From NCBI GenBank assembly GCA_038087875.1, contig CM075997.1:8434001-8498000 (forward strand): 64,000 nucleotides of DNA. Direction: 5' to 3'. Made by a program: the position numbers and the translations under genes. The notes under the pieces were generated by a model. The model was given only the letters and a program-made list of their open reading frames with translations. It had not been told where the DNA came from and made no database searches. Position 1 is the stretch's first letter; each line of letters starts with the position of its first letter. Positions 1 through 12,760 of this stretch are shown piece by piece. The stretch is from Malacoraja senta. Taxonomy: Eukaryota.

Positions 1-159
1 AGACACCAGCGTCTGCAGTTTCCCGCGTCTCAAAACAATATTCGGAAAGAGATATTTTCCACATTTACTCCAGACCATTTTAGTATCATCTGGAGAATCA
101 CCAATATTGCAAATACACAGACGCATATGGACCCAATGTGGACACATGCTAGAGTGATA

Positions 160-247
160 CAAAAAGCTGGAGTTACTCAGCGGGACAGGCAGCAACTCTG
201 GAGAGAAGGAATGGGTGACGTTTCAGATTGAGACCCTTCTTCAGACG
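160..247 (-). repeat. Penelope-like element terminal fragment containing a degenerate minimal hammerhead motif
   Basis: Minus strand reads GTCTGAAGAAGGGTCTCAATCTGAAACGTCACC...GCTGCCTGTCCCGCTGAGTAACTCCAGC; the same module recurs many times at 31.2-32.5, 46.8-47.9 and 49.8-50.9 kb. Confidence 0.6.
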
Positions 248-684
248 GTCAGATAAATTATGTTCGTGCTGATGGGAGCAACAACCGGCGCAGCTTCTTG
301 GGAAGTCTTTGACTCCAATCGGAGCGTAGATATCAGGCTTGAGATATACAAGGAACAATTAGTTAACAATTGAAAACTGGCCAATCAACTGTATACAGTT
401 TCTTGCTTACTCTAATCAATTGATTAAATTGATTACATTCGATGAAAAGCCTTCCAGTCCTGTCCACTCACTGCAGAACGGTCCGGGACACTTCTTCCAC
501 GCTAGTAAATTCAAGACTCGCCGAACTGATACATTAAATGCGATTAAAACACATTTGATTTCCCCGACTGAATTCTTTTGGGACCAGTGAAATGATCAGT
601 CATTGAATATCATTCTGGATCCTTCCTACTCATGCTTGTCCCAAAGTCTGCATTATTATCAGATAAGTCCTCTACCATCACATT

Positions 685-1633
685 AGAAACATAGAAACAT
701 AGAAAATAGGTGCAGGAGTAAGCCATTCGGCCCTTCGAGCCTGCACCGCCATTCAATATGATCATGGCTGATCATCCAACTCAGTATCCTGTATGTGCCT
801 TCTTTCCATATCCCCTGATCCCTTTAGACACAAGGGCCACATCTAACTCCCTCTTAAATATAGCCAATTAACTGGCCTCAACTACCTTCTGTGGGAGAGA
901 ATTCCACAGATTCACCACTCTCTGTGTAAAAAATGATTTTCTATTCTCGGTCCTAAAAGACTTCCCCCTTATCCTTAGACTGTGACCCCTTGTTCTGGAC
1001 TTCCCCAACATCGGGAATAATCTTCCTTCAGCTAGCCTGTCCAACCCCTTAAGAATTTTGTAAGTTTCTATGAGATCCCCCCACAATCTTCTAAATTCTA
1101 GCGAGTACAAGCCGAATCTATCCAGTCTTTCTTCATATGAAAGTCCTGCCATACCAGGAATCAGTCTGGTGAACCTTCTCTGTACTCCCTCCATGGCAAG
1201 AATGTCTTTCCTCAGATTAGTAGACCAAAACTGTACGCAATACTCCAGGTGTGGTCTCACCAAGACCCTGTACAACTGCAGTTGAACCTCCCACCTCTTA
1301 TACTCAAATCATTTTGCTATGAATGATAACATACCATTCGCTTTCTTCACTGCCTGCTGCACCTGCATGCCTACTTTCAATGACTGGTGTACCATGACAC
1401 CCAGGTCTCGTTGCATCTCCCCTTTTCCTAATCGGCCACCATTCAGATAATAGACTACTTTCTAGTTTTTTCCACCAAAGTGGATAACCTCACATTTATC
1501 CACATTATACTGCATCTGCCATGGATTTGGCCACTCACCCAGCCTATCCAAGTCACCTTGCAGCCTCCTAGCATCCTCCTCACAGCTACATCTACCCCCC
1601 AGCTTCGTGTCATCCGCAAACTTGGAGATGTTG
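685..1633 (-). mobile_element. 5'-truncated CR1 LINE (RT C-terminus and 3'UTR)
   Basis: Peptides SKFADDTKLGG, LVRPHLEYCVQFWS and FFTQRVVNLWNSLP; (CTATGTTT)n tail at ~685-705; apparent 6-bp TSD CACATT at 679-684 and 1634-1639. Confidence 0.95.
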
Positions 1634-1661
1634 CACATTTTACACACATAAGCAGACTTAC

Positions 1662-1952
1662 GTGCGACGATGACCGTCATAGGCTCGCTGAGATGGGACC
1701 ATAATCGCCTCATTTGCACAACGGTTCTATACTTGCACTGGTACTGGCCTCCTTGATTTGACCTGTTGATCGTGAACATTCCAATGTGGCCTTTGATGAA
1801 GATTTGACGACGTTTCAGCAGTTTGTTTTCCCTATAGAACTGGACTCTATCCTTTTGTTCCCTGTCAGATCGACAGACGAGAATGACTGTTTCATCTCTG
1901 GCATACACCCCAGTCGATTTGTCAAGAGAGATAACTGGCGGTGGCAGTGGAG
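1662..1952 (-). CDS. Ig-domain exon of an FcR-like/LILR/LITR/A1BG-type immunoglobulin superfamily gene
   Basis: Acceptor TTTTCTTCCAG and donor GTAAGT; 291 nt, phase 1-1, open: PLPPPVISLDKSTGVYARDETVILVC...VQFY...GGQYQCKY...SHLSEPMTVIVA (two Ig cysteines, YxC motif, SxxSE.V end). Paralogous to the exon at 11516-11806. Confidence 0.85.
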
Positions 1953-2479
1953 CTGGAAGAAAAGTGACAATGGAATGCCAATTTAAACGATGATTTACCG
2001 AACTGCTAAACCATGAAAAATATGTAACAATATTGCGAGGGATCCCAGGTTCCATAAAGGGAGGGAAGACTAAGGCGAATGCGTCCTATTCCTGGATTGT
2101 AGGTGGGCATCACCGACTCAGTCGGCCGCAAGTCCGATTAGCATGCTATAACTGTCAATTTATTAATCTCTACCTTTGTTCCTACAATCGCGAGGAAGGT
2201 AAACTGAGGTTTTGCAGGCGAGGTTCGGCCACAACGTTCGGGACAGAGTAGTGTTTTATTCACTGACCTCAAATCGCACCACACAATGAATGAGTCATAA
2301 GAAACATTGTCTCCGTTAAAACGAGCGCCATCATATGTGTATCCACCGAATGTAAAATTATCTCATATGTAAGCGCGGGCAATTTAAAGCATTCACAGCG
2401 AGGTTGGCCAAACTCAAACGAATCTAAATAAAGAAGGTAGCAAGGTAGTGTCGTATACGGTTCCCACATTCTCAATTTA

Positions 2480-3690
2480 CCTCCCTCACAAATTCATGCC
2501 GTTTCCAATCGATGCTGAGTTGGAACAATGTCATCCATTTTACTCTCCGCTTATTTTCCTGGAATTACTTAGTTTCCGAAATTGGAGGTGTTGTATGTAG
2601 GGAGGAAGGTTGTTAGACGATACAGGGGGATAAAGAACGGCTGCAAACATGGGCATAGAAATGTCAGATTGATTTTAAATTGAGCAAATGTGAGGTTTTG
2701 TACTTTGGGAAGTTGTCTGTCAGGGTGAAATATACGGTTTATTACAATAAATTTAACAGCATTGATGTGAGGAGGAATCCCGGAGTCCGATTTCATAGGT
2801 TACTTAGGATAAGTAGATAGTGATAAAGAATCGTATGTTACATTTGCTTTCACTGCTGGGGGTATTGAATATAAGAGTCAGGAAGTTATGATGCAATCCT
2901 ATAGGGGTTTGGGTAAGCCGCAAATTGTGTACTGCGCAAAATTCTGGTCGCCTCCTAACAGAAAATATGTAATATACAATAGACACTAGGTGCAGGTGTA
3001 GGCCATTCGGCCCGAGCCAGCACCGCCATTCAATGTGATCATGGCTGATCATCCCCAATCAGTTGCCGTTCTTGCTTTCTCCCCATACCCCCCGACTCCT
3101 CTCACTTTCTGTCCTGTCCTCTCCTGTCTCGCCCTCATTTGAAAGTATCCAGAGAACTGACCTCCACAGCGCTCCGTGGCAGATAATTCCACAGACTCAC
3201 AACTTTATGTGTGAAACAGAATGTAGATGCTTTGTACATGGCACAAAGGAGGTTTCCCATAAATCTATCTGTGTTTGTGGGTGTCAGCTTCAATGAGAGG
3301 TTGGATAGACTTGGGTTGTTTTCGCTGGAACATTGGTGGTTGACATTTCCTAAAAGCATATAACATTGTTTAGATATGGTAGATTTTCAGTAATATTCTG
3401 CCTCGGTGGAAATGTGCAACCCTCGTTGGCATAGCTATGAGCGACAATTCGATCGAGATGTGCTGGCAAGTTTTTTACACAGACAGTGGCGAGGTATGGA
3501 TCGCATCTTCATGCGTAAACGAAGAGGCTGATATGTTATTGGCTCTTAAGAGGCTTTTAATTCGGCAGAGGGAATTACAGAAAATAGAGAGAAATGCATC
3601 AAGTACTGGTTGGTGAGATCAGTTTAAATTGGCATAATGTTCGCCACTAACATAATGGGCGAAGGGTCCGTTTTCTGCTGTATTGTTCTA
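2480..3690 (+). mobile_element. Old degraded CR1 3' fragments, interrupted by a minus-strand CR1 3'UTR piece (~2965-3210)
   Basis: Nucleotide similarity to younger CR1 copies in the window (tgtgaggttttgtactttgg, gtattgaatataagagt, ttttttacacagacagtgg); no ORF. Boundaries approximate. Confidence 0.6.
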
Positions 3691-4829
3691 TCGTTAATGT
3701 AGACTGCCCTGATGTCGTATGGTATATTAGAAATTAGAAAAACCTCGAGCAGCACAGGGCATAAATAGGGCATTCAGCCCCAATGTCTGTGCCGAACATG
3801 ATGTCAAATGGAACTTTTGCCGGCCAGTTCCATTTATCTCCGTTCCCTGCCAGAGTGTAAACTGTACTACTTGAACATTATATATCATATAACCATATAA
3901 CCATATAACAATTACAGCACGGAAACAGGCCATCTCGGCCCTTCTAGTCCGTGCCGAGTATCAATTATTCCTCGGCAGCTTGGTCGAAATATCAGCATTG
4001 GACCTATTATAGATGAGGCATACTTATTGGCATGGGTCGTTGGCCCCATGTGTCGTAGGAATCCGTGAATCGAAGTTGGTCTGACAGACATAATCTCAGT
4101 GTAAAATGACATTTGCACCGTAAGTCTACTTTCGCCTCTCCCTTACACAACATAAGCAAATTCACTCTCGCATTTGACGATTACACCCTGGCCTGTACTG
4201 GTCATGATGCCAGGTTTGTGTCCAATGGCGTTCTGCAGGGTTCTGTGCTGGGGCCTCAGCTGTTTCAGAGAGGGGCGGAATTGAAAGGAAATGTGCGGGG
4301 CACATTTTTATACACTGGTAGCTGAGTACATCCAATGCCCGTCCGGAGGCTATAATTGAAGCAGATCAACTCGAAGAGACTGTTGGATAGACGTGCGAAT
4401 ATGCAGGGCATGTAGGTATGTGGATTGCGTACAGGCAGAAGAGAGATACTGCGAGAAGTAATGTAAAAATATTAAAAAGTAGGACCCCGAGGATCGTAAT
4501 CATCAGATCACTTAATGTGCCACGTCCTAATGAATGTCGGAATAGGAATGCGACAGATGAATGTGGGGCTCGACGGTTGGTGCAGTTTTCAGACGTTCAG
4601 ACCTTCCGACCTTTGCGGTCTCATTTGGGGCAAGTGTCAATTACATCAGGGGCAGGTTGCACCTTGACCGATATATTTGCGCGGGGAGTTGCAATTGCCT
4701 TTCCAGCTGGTTTAAAGTGATGGCGGTGGGAACCAACGTAGAAATTGGAAGGAATGAGGGGAAAGTAGAGATGACAACTGGGATACGACTGGCACCTCAA
4801 TGCTCATCGTTTTTTTTGTTTCAGGAGTG

Positions 4830-7800
4830 TAGAGAGAGGGTGAAATGAGATGGAGGGACGGGTTCCTCTACCAAACAGGGAGACTTCCACGACTGCACTC
4901 ACCGAGGACATACTGGATGGTTCATCCACTGAAACAATATGGGTAGAGCTTAGTCATGAGAAGGATGCAATAACTTTAATGGGATTTTGCCAAAAATCTA
5001 CAGAAGATAGAGTAACATTTACGTAGACTCATTAGCACAAGATGCCAAAGCAACAGGGTTGTGGTAGTGGGTAAGTTTAAATTCCCCCAAATCCTCCCAG
5101 GTCGCTCCCATAGCGTTCGATGGGCTGGAATTTGTCAGGTGTAACCGAGAGAGTTTCTTGAAACAGGACAGTCCAATCTTCGAACGAATATACTGGTGCT
5201 CCGTTTTGCAAATTATTCTGGTCAGGTGACTGATATTTCATTGGAAGAGCAATTTGGGTATAGTTGTGATAGACTCATAGAGTGATGCTGTGTGGAAACA
5301 GGCGCTTCTGCCCAACTTGCCCACATCGGCCGTCATGTCACAGCTACATTGGTCCCACCTGCCAGCTTTTGGTCCGTATCTCTCCAAACCTGTACTATCC
5401 ATTTACCTGTCTAACTGTTCCATAAATGTTGGGATAAGCCCTGCCTCAACTGCCTCCTCTAGCAGCATGGTCCATACATCCACCACTCTTTGTGTCAAAA
5501 AATCCCAGCCTACTCAACCTCTAACTATAGCTCAGACCGTCTAGTCTTGGCAACATCCTAGTAAATCGTGCCTGTACCTTTTCCAGCTTGACAACATCCT
5601 TCGTATAACATTATCCACAAAATTGAACACAATATTCTAAACGTGGCCTCATAAACATCTTATACCACTGCAACATGAACTCCCAACTCCAATACTGAGA
5701 CGTTCTGAATATAAAATGATGGTGGAATGTCTGGAAATTATAGAATTTGACCAGTTTATTATATATTTTAACCGAAAGCTTCAACACAGCGGAAGCATGT
5801 TGGGAAATGAGAAGGGCAGAAGAAGATAACCAATACTAAGATATAAGAGTTGTGTAGATTGCAAGTCATAACTAGATGAATCAACAATAAAAACAGGCGG
5901 TTATATATCACGCTGAGCGCAATAACATCATAACATCACATAAGTATTTTTGCACTCAGACAAATGGGAAATACTAGGGCAGTATAGGTTAAAGATTACT
6001 CTGGGAAAACAATAATAAAATACCAAAAACAACAGAAACGTTAATGGCCAATGGATTATATGAAAAATGTAGAATCCACATGTGACGAGTGTATAAAAAG
6101 ACATTAGGTGCTATGAGTCACTAAAGCAGTTTGGGTTCTGACAGAGAGTTCCCAGCATACACCATAAAGGCCTTAATTAAACCGACCAATGTGACAAGCG
6201 CGACACTGCACTGCACGACATCCTTTATGTCTGTCCCTATCTGAATCATAATGAGAAGGTAAACAGCGAAGCACGTGAATGCCGGATTCAACGCACAAAT
6301 GCAGGTTAAACGCACAATTAATTTCAATATGAAGAAGATTCAAACATGCGGAGATGCATTAAATTTGAGTAAAGCACAGTGCAGCATTTTAGTGTGGAAC
6401 TCGGGAGGATAGGCTGTGAGAAGTGGTTTGTGGATATGTTCAAACGTGTCATGTGGGAGTCCTTTAAAGTCGAGCTAGTCAAGATTTGGGAACGATATGT
6501 TCCAGTAAGGAGGAGGGATAAGGATAGCAAAGCAAGGGGACCTTTCAAGGCCAAGGAGGTTGTACATTTGGTCAATAAAAGTAACCAAAAGAAAAAAGGA
6601 CCAATCAAGGATAAATAAGTTATTTGGGTTTGGAGTCATGGGACGTGGGCGAGGAATTTCAAGAGTAATTTTCAGCTGTTTTTACGAACGGCATGGAATC
6701 AATGTGGAGAATACTAAACTGCAAAGGCACTTTGAAATTAAGATTGAGAAAGCGTTGCAGCGTTTGAAAAGCATTAAGATGGATAATTCCCAGCGCCGCC
6801 TGATCTATCCCAGGTCATTAAGAATGGCAAGAGTGGAGACTACATGAATCGCGCTGTTCCGCAACACGACAGATTCACTAGTGTTGTACTTTTGTTTAGC
6901 CAGCGAAATGGTGAGAAGCCAGGGAATAATATTTCAATCAGCGAAATATGAATGCAAGCTTACCATATTATTTCGTTACCACTCTACCAACATGTGTTGC
7001 CAATTTCAGGAAGGCATACGCTTGGACCCCAAGTGGTGGAAAGCTATTAGAGAATATTCTTTGAGAACTCCCATTTGGAAGATGGGTTAGTTAATGATAC
7101 TCAGATTGATTTTGTACGCGGCCAGTTGTGCCTTACAAACCTCACTGAGCTTTATGAGGAGGTTGTGAAGGTGATCGAATAAGGTAGGGCGGTGAATTTT
7201 GTCCACACATGTTTTGATAACGTACTTCATAAACTCCCCTCCCCACACACACACATAGACACACAAACACACCTCCCACACATAAAAACACACGCACGCA
7301 CACACAAACACACCTCCCAAACGGTTTCCACCCACATACCAAAGATGTACAGTTTTGTAGGTTAATTGGCTTCGGTAAAAATAATGTCTTGTCCCGCGGA
7401 TCTGTTTCCGTGGTATCGCTAAACAAAACAAACTAAACTGCTGATGTACATGGGATCATGGGGTCCAAGCGTATGGCATCCTGAAATTGGCAACACAAGT
7501 TGATAGAGTCGTAAAGAACAAAATATGGTAGGCTTGGCTTCAAACGTCTGCGCGTAGAGTGTAACAGTCAAGACGTCATTATGCAGATTGATAGGACATT
7601 GATTGGGCCTCTTTTGGAACATTTCGTGCAGTTTTGGTCGGCCCGTTAGAGGAAGGACGTGGTTTGAAAGTGGGCTGAACTGATTTGCCAGAATGTTAGT
7701 AAGATCAAAGTTTATTAACTACAGTGAGACGTTGGCAGACTTGGTTTATTTTACTTCTTCTGGAATGCCGAAGGTTGAGTGATATAAAATTATGAGGCAT

Positions 7801-7970
7801 AGATAGAGTAGGTAATCCGAACTTTTTTCACAGGATGGAAAAATCTAATATTAGAGGGCTTAGTGTGGGAGGCAAGTTTAAAGGAGATGTGCGGAGCATA
7901 TTTTTTATACAGTCGCTGTGGCCCGAAGGCCCGCCTTTCTACTGCGCTGTTCTATTTTCTCTGTTCTAAA
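4830..7970. mobile_element. Patchwork of old CR1 fragments (+ 4830-5270, - 5272-5697, + ~6370-7960) with a (CA)n tract and SINE body at ~7245-7440
   Basis: Degenerate CR1 endonuclease, RT and 3' motifs recognisable by comparison with intact copies at 8-10.4 kb; about 5700-6350 looks unique. Confidence 0.55.
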
Positions 7971-7997
7971 AGTACTTAGAACAGAGAAAGTACTTTT

Positions 7998-10485
7998 CCA
8001 CACATAGACTGGGAAACACATTCTGTAAAAGGGCTGGATGGTTTGGAGTTTGTAAAATGTGTGCAAGATAGTTTTTTGCAGCAATACATAGAGGTACCTA
8101 CTAGAGAAGGGGCAGTGCTGGACCTCCTGTTAGGAAATGAGACAGGGCAGGTGGCGGAGGTATGCGTCGGGGAGCACTTCGGGTCCAGTGATCACAATAC
8201 CATTAGTTTCAATATAATTATGGAGAGGGTCAGAACTGGACCTAGGGTTGAGATTTTTGTTTGGAGAAAGGCTAACTTTGAGGAGATGCGAAAGGATTTA
8301 AAAGGAGTGAATTGGGACATGTTGTTTTATGGGAAGGATGTAGAAGAAAAATGGAGGACATTTAAGAGTGAAATTTTAAGAGTACAGAATCTTTACGTGC
8401 CTGTTCGGTTGACTGGAAATAGTAAAAAATGGAAAGAGCCATGGTTTTCAAGGGAAATTGGACACGGTTCGGAAAAAGAGAGAGATCTACAATAATTATA
8501 GGCAGCATGGAGTAAATGAGGTGCTTGAGGGGTATAAGGAATGTAAAAAGAATATTATGAAAGCAATTAGAAAAGCTAAAAGAAGATATGAGGTTGCTTT
8601 GGCAAGTAAGGTGAAAGTAAATCCAAAGGGTTTCTACAGCTATATTAATAGCAAAAGGATAACAAGGAATAAAATCGGTCCATTAGAGAGTCAGAGTGGA
8701 CAGCTATCTGCAGAGCCAAAAGAGATGGGGGAGATATTGAACAATGTCTTTTCTTCGGTATTCACGAAGGAGAAGGATATGGAATTATGTGAGGTAAGGG
8801 AAACGAGCAGAGTAGCAATGGAAACTGTGAGATTCAAAGAAGAGGAGGTGCGGACACTTTTGAAAAATATGTAAACGGATAAGTCTCCAGGTCCTGACAG
8901 GATATTCCCTAGGACATTGAGGGAAGTTAATATAGAAATAGCAGGGGCTATGACAGAAATATTTCAAATGTCATTAGAAACGGGAATAGTGCCGGAGGAT
9001 TGGCGTACTGCGCATGTTATTCCGTTGTTTAAAAAGGGTTCGAAGATTAAACCGAGCAATTATAGACCTGTTAGTTTGACGTCAGTGGTGGGCAACTTAA
9101 TGGAAAGGATACTTAAAGATAATATATATAAGCATCTGGATAAGCAGGGTCTGATTAGGAACAGTCAACATGGATTTGTGCCTGGAAGGTCATGCTTGAC
9201 TAATCTTCTTGAATTTTTCGAAGAGGTTACTAGGGAAATTGATGAGGGTAAAGCAGTGGATGTTGTCTATATGGACTTCAGTAAGGCCTTTGACAAGGTT
9301 CCTCATGGAAGGTTGGTTAAGAAGATTCAATTGTTGGGTATTAATGGTGGAGTAGCAAGATGGATTCAACAGTGGCTGAATGGGAGATGCCAGAGAGTAA
9401 TGGTGGATGGCTGTTTGTCAGGTTGGAGGCCGGTGACTAGTGGGGTGCCGCAGGGGTCTGTGTTGGGTCCACTGTTGTTTGTCATGTACATCAATGATCT
9501 GGATGATTGTGTGGAAATTAGATTAGTAAGTATGCAGATGATACTAAGATATGTGGTGTTGTGGATAATGAAGTAGATTTTCAAAGTCTACAGAGAGATT
9601 TAGGCCATTTGGAAGAGTGGGCTGAAATATGGCAGATGGAGTTTAATGCTGACAAATGTGAGGTGCTACATCTCGGCAGGACAAATCAAAATAGGACGTA
9701 CACGGTTAATGGTAGCGAATTGAGGAATGCAGTTGAACAGAGGGATCTAGGAATAACTGTGCATAGTTCCCTGAAGGTGGAATCTCATGTAGATAGGGTG
9801 GTAAAGAAAGCTTTTGGGGTGCTGGCCTTTATAAATCAGAGCATTGCATATAGAAGTTGGGATGTAATGTTAAAATTGTATAAGGCATTGGTGAGGCCAA
9901 TTCTGGAGTATGGAGTACAATTTTGGTCGCCTAATTATAGGAAGGATGTCAACAAAATAGAGAGAGTACAGAGGAGATTTACTAGAATGTTGCCTGGGTT
10001 TCAGCAACTAAGTTACAGAGAAAGGTTGAACAAGTTAGGTCGTTATTCTTTGGAGCGCAGAAGGTTAAGAGGGGACTTGATAGAGGTCTTTAAAATTATG
10101 AGCGGGTTAGACAGAGTGGACGTGGATAAGCTTTTGCCATTGAGAGTAGGGAAGATTCAAACAAGGGGACATGAATTGAGAATTAAGGGACAGAAGTTTA
10201 GGGGGAACATTAGGGGGGACTTCTTTACTCAGAGAGTGGTAGCTGTGTGGAATGAGCTTCCAGTGGAAGTGGTGGAGGCAGGTTCGATGTTATCGTTTAA
10301 AAATAGATTGGATGGGTATATGGACGGGAAAGGAATGGAGGGTTATGGTCTGAGTGCAGGTAGATGGGACTAGGGGGAAGTATTTATTTGTAATTTTAAA
10401 AAAAAATTTAAAAAATGTTCGGCACGGACTTCAAGGGCCGAGATGGCCTGTTTCCGTGCTGTTATGGTTATATGGTTATATGGTT
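7998..10485 (+). mobile_element. 5'-truncated CR1 LINE, ORF2 (endonuclease end and RT) broken by frameshifts/stops
   Basis: ORFs 8043-10373 carry [30 protein letters not shown] and [10 protein letters not shown]; the tail is (TTATATGG)n, and an inverted copy of this tail type lies at ~3885-3957. Confidence 0.95.
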
Positions 10486-10486
10486 A

Positions 10487-11180
10487 CTGAAGTGTAGAGG
10501 GACCTTGGAATCCAAGTCCATGACTTTGTGAAAATTCTTAATACGTGCAGATCGAGTGTTAGGAAAGCAAGTGTATGCTTGCCTTCATTCGTCGGTACAT
10601 TGAGTATAAGTGTCTGGAAGTCATGATGCAGCTTTTTACGGCTGTGGTTAGGCCGCATTTGCTTTACTGCATATAATTCAGATCTCCCATTACATGAATG
10701 AAATACAGGCTTCGAAAACGTCGGAGAGGAGGTTTATCAGAATGACGCCTGGATTAGATATTGGTTACAGGGAGAGTATGGGCAAAATTGGATTGTTGTG
10801 TCTGCAACGGCACAAGTGTTGGGGAGACCTGTATATTAAATTATGAAAGGCGTAGCTGGAATAGAGTCAGAACTTTGGTCCCAAGATGGACATATCAAAT
10901 TCTAGAAGGCATGGCTTTAAGGTGAGAGGGGCGTAGTTTATAGTATTTGTGCGGAACAAGTTATTTACACAGAGGTTGGTGAGTGCCTGGAGTGTGCTAT
11001 TGGGGTTGGTGATAGAGGAGTACGATTGTGGTATTTAAGGGGCTTTTGCGTAGGCGCTGAGATGCACAGAGTACACAGATAAGGATTATGTGCAGGGAGA
11101 TGAGCGTCAGTCTTGGCATCATGTTCGGTATCGTCATCATGTTGCCTGAAAAAAGTGTTTCTGTGTGGGTCTGTTCTATG
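10487..11180 (+). mobile_element. Old CR1 3' fragment
   Basis: Degenerate similarity to the CR1 RT C-terminus and 3'UTR (gaggggcgtagttta...tttacacagaggttggtgagtgcctgga). Confidence 0.6.
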
Positions 11181-11515
11181 TTTGTCCTATCACTATGACT
11201 CTTTATTTTTTAAGAACTGTGGAATTACTAGGGAAAAATCTAAATCGACCACATAATTTCTATGTTATTTCTGCGTCAAAGAATATATATTTAACATCCT
11301 GTAAGTGATGTTCAGTGCATTCCCTATCCTCAAAATTATATCGCAATAGACTTAACGGATATGTTACGTGTGCAGTTTTGTGTGCTTATTAAATGTTATA
11401 ATGCGAGTCTCTAGATTCATCAGCGAACAGTCCGTTCAAAAATTCAGACAAGCTAAACATAACGAAAACCAATGAATCAACTGAGTCCAATAATGTGTAC
11501 ATTCCCTCCACTCAC

Positions 11516-11806
11516 CAGTTACGGTTAAAGCCACAGCCTCACTCAGCTGCGATTCTAACCATCGTGCTTTGGCGTAGATTCCATATTTGCACTGGTAATG
11601 CTTTCCCTGGTGTCGGTTGGTCACTGAAAATTGTCCGGTGTTATCTTTTGTCAAGAGTTGAACAAACGTTAGCAATCTCTGTTCTTCATAGAAATAGATT
11701 TTGCCGCGATGTTCCCCAGACACAGTGCAAGTTAACGTGACCGTTTCTCCTTCCACGTATACCCCATTCCTTTGATCAAGAGCAATAGCTGGTGGTGTAA
11801 GCGGAT
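11516..11806 (-). CDS. Ig-domain exon of an FcR-like/LILR/LITR/A1BG-type immunoglobulin superfamily gene
   Basis: Acceptor ...TTAACTTGAACACAG and donor GTGAGT; 291 nt, phase 1-1, open: DPLTPPAIALDQRNGVYVEGETVTLTC...IYFY...GKHYQCKY...SQLSEAVALTVT. Confidence 0.88.
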
Positions 11807-12040
11807 CTGTGTTCAAGTTAATAGAAATAACATTTAGATCCCGATCAGAGCTCCTCATATATTTCACGTAAACTTCAACATATCAAGGGATTGAAGACTC
11901 TGGGCAATTGTTAAATGGAGGATGTGGCCTGGGGATGATGATTAATGATCATATTGATTGTCGGACTTACTCGAGGGGCCGTTATGCAATCTCCTCCATT
12001 TCTTTCCTTAAACGTTCTTGTTATTCCATATAGGACGAGG

Positions 12041-12256
12041 TCTAGTTTAGTCTAGTTTAGTTTAGAGACACAGCGCGGACACAACCCCTTCGGCCCACAG
12101 GGGCCACATTTACCTAGCGAATTAACCTACACACTTTGGAGTGTTCGAGGAAACCGAAGATCTCGGAGAAAATGCACGCAGGTCACGGGGATAATGTACA
12201 AACTCCGTATAAACAAGCACCCGCAGTCGAAATTGAACCCGGGTCTGCGGCGCTGC
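12041..12256 (-). mobile_element. tRNA-derived SINE (HE1-like), partial
   Basis: Minus strand has CAGCGCCGCAGACCCGGGTTCAATT (B-box-like), the body TTTGTACATTATCCCCGTGACCTGCGTG and a (CTAAA)n tail. Confidence 0.7.
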
Positions 12257-12463
12257 ATTGCATAGAAAATTATTGCACAGGAACAGACCTTTTGGCCCAC
12301 GATGTCTGCGCAAACTAAATGGTCAGAGTAAAATAGTCACACACGCCTCCACCTGTTCCTGTCCCTGTCGTCACCTGTCTGTTTAAATGCCTGTTAATAG
12401 CCGTTACGGTGGAAACCGCCTCTTGTAGAAGCGTGTTCCAGTTATTTACCACTGACTATAATA

Positions 12464-12760
12464 GGCGGCACAGTGGCGCAGTGGGAGAGCTGCTGCCCCT
12501 TAGCGCCAGAGAGCCGGGTTCGATCCAGACCCCGCATCGCTTGTGTGTGACTATACGTTCTCAGTGGGATCGCGTGCGGTTTGGCCGGCTGATTCAACCA
12601 GATCACAATTCCGGATTTGTCAGTTAGTTGGCTTTTGAAAATTCCCTCAAGCGGATGAGAAGTTGGGATAAAATAGACCTCGGGCAAACGGGTGATCAAT
12701 GGCCGTGTCGACTCGATGGTCTCAATGGTCTTTACATACTATGTCTCTGAACTCTAAACT
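12464..12760 (+). mobile_element. tRNA-derived SINE (HE1-like)
   Basis: 5' GGCGGCACAGTGGCGCAGTGG (A box) and GGTTCGATCC (B box); CR1-like 3' end ending CTCTAAACT. Confidence 0.7.

Noticed and set aside
1462..2055. 197-aa ORF as an Ig-RT fusion protein
   Set aside because: Read-through across splice sites; the true exon is 1662-1952.
12464..12530. tRNA gene
   Set aside because: A and B boxes are present but continue into a SINE body with no cloverleaf end or terminator; it is a SINE head.
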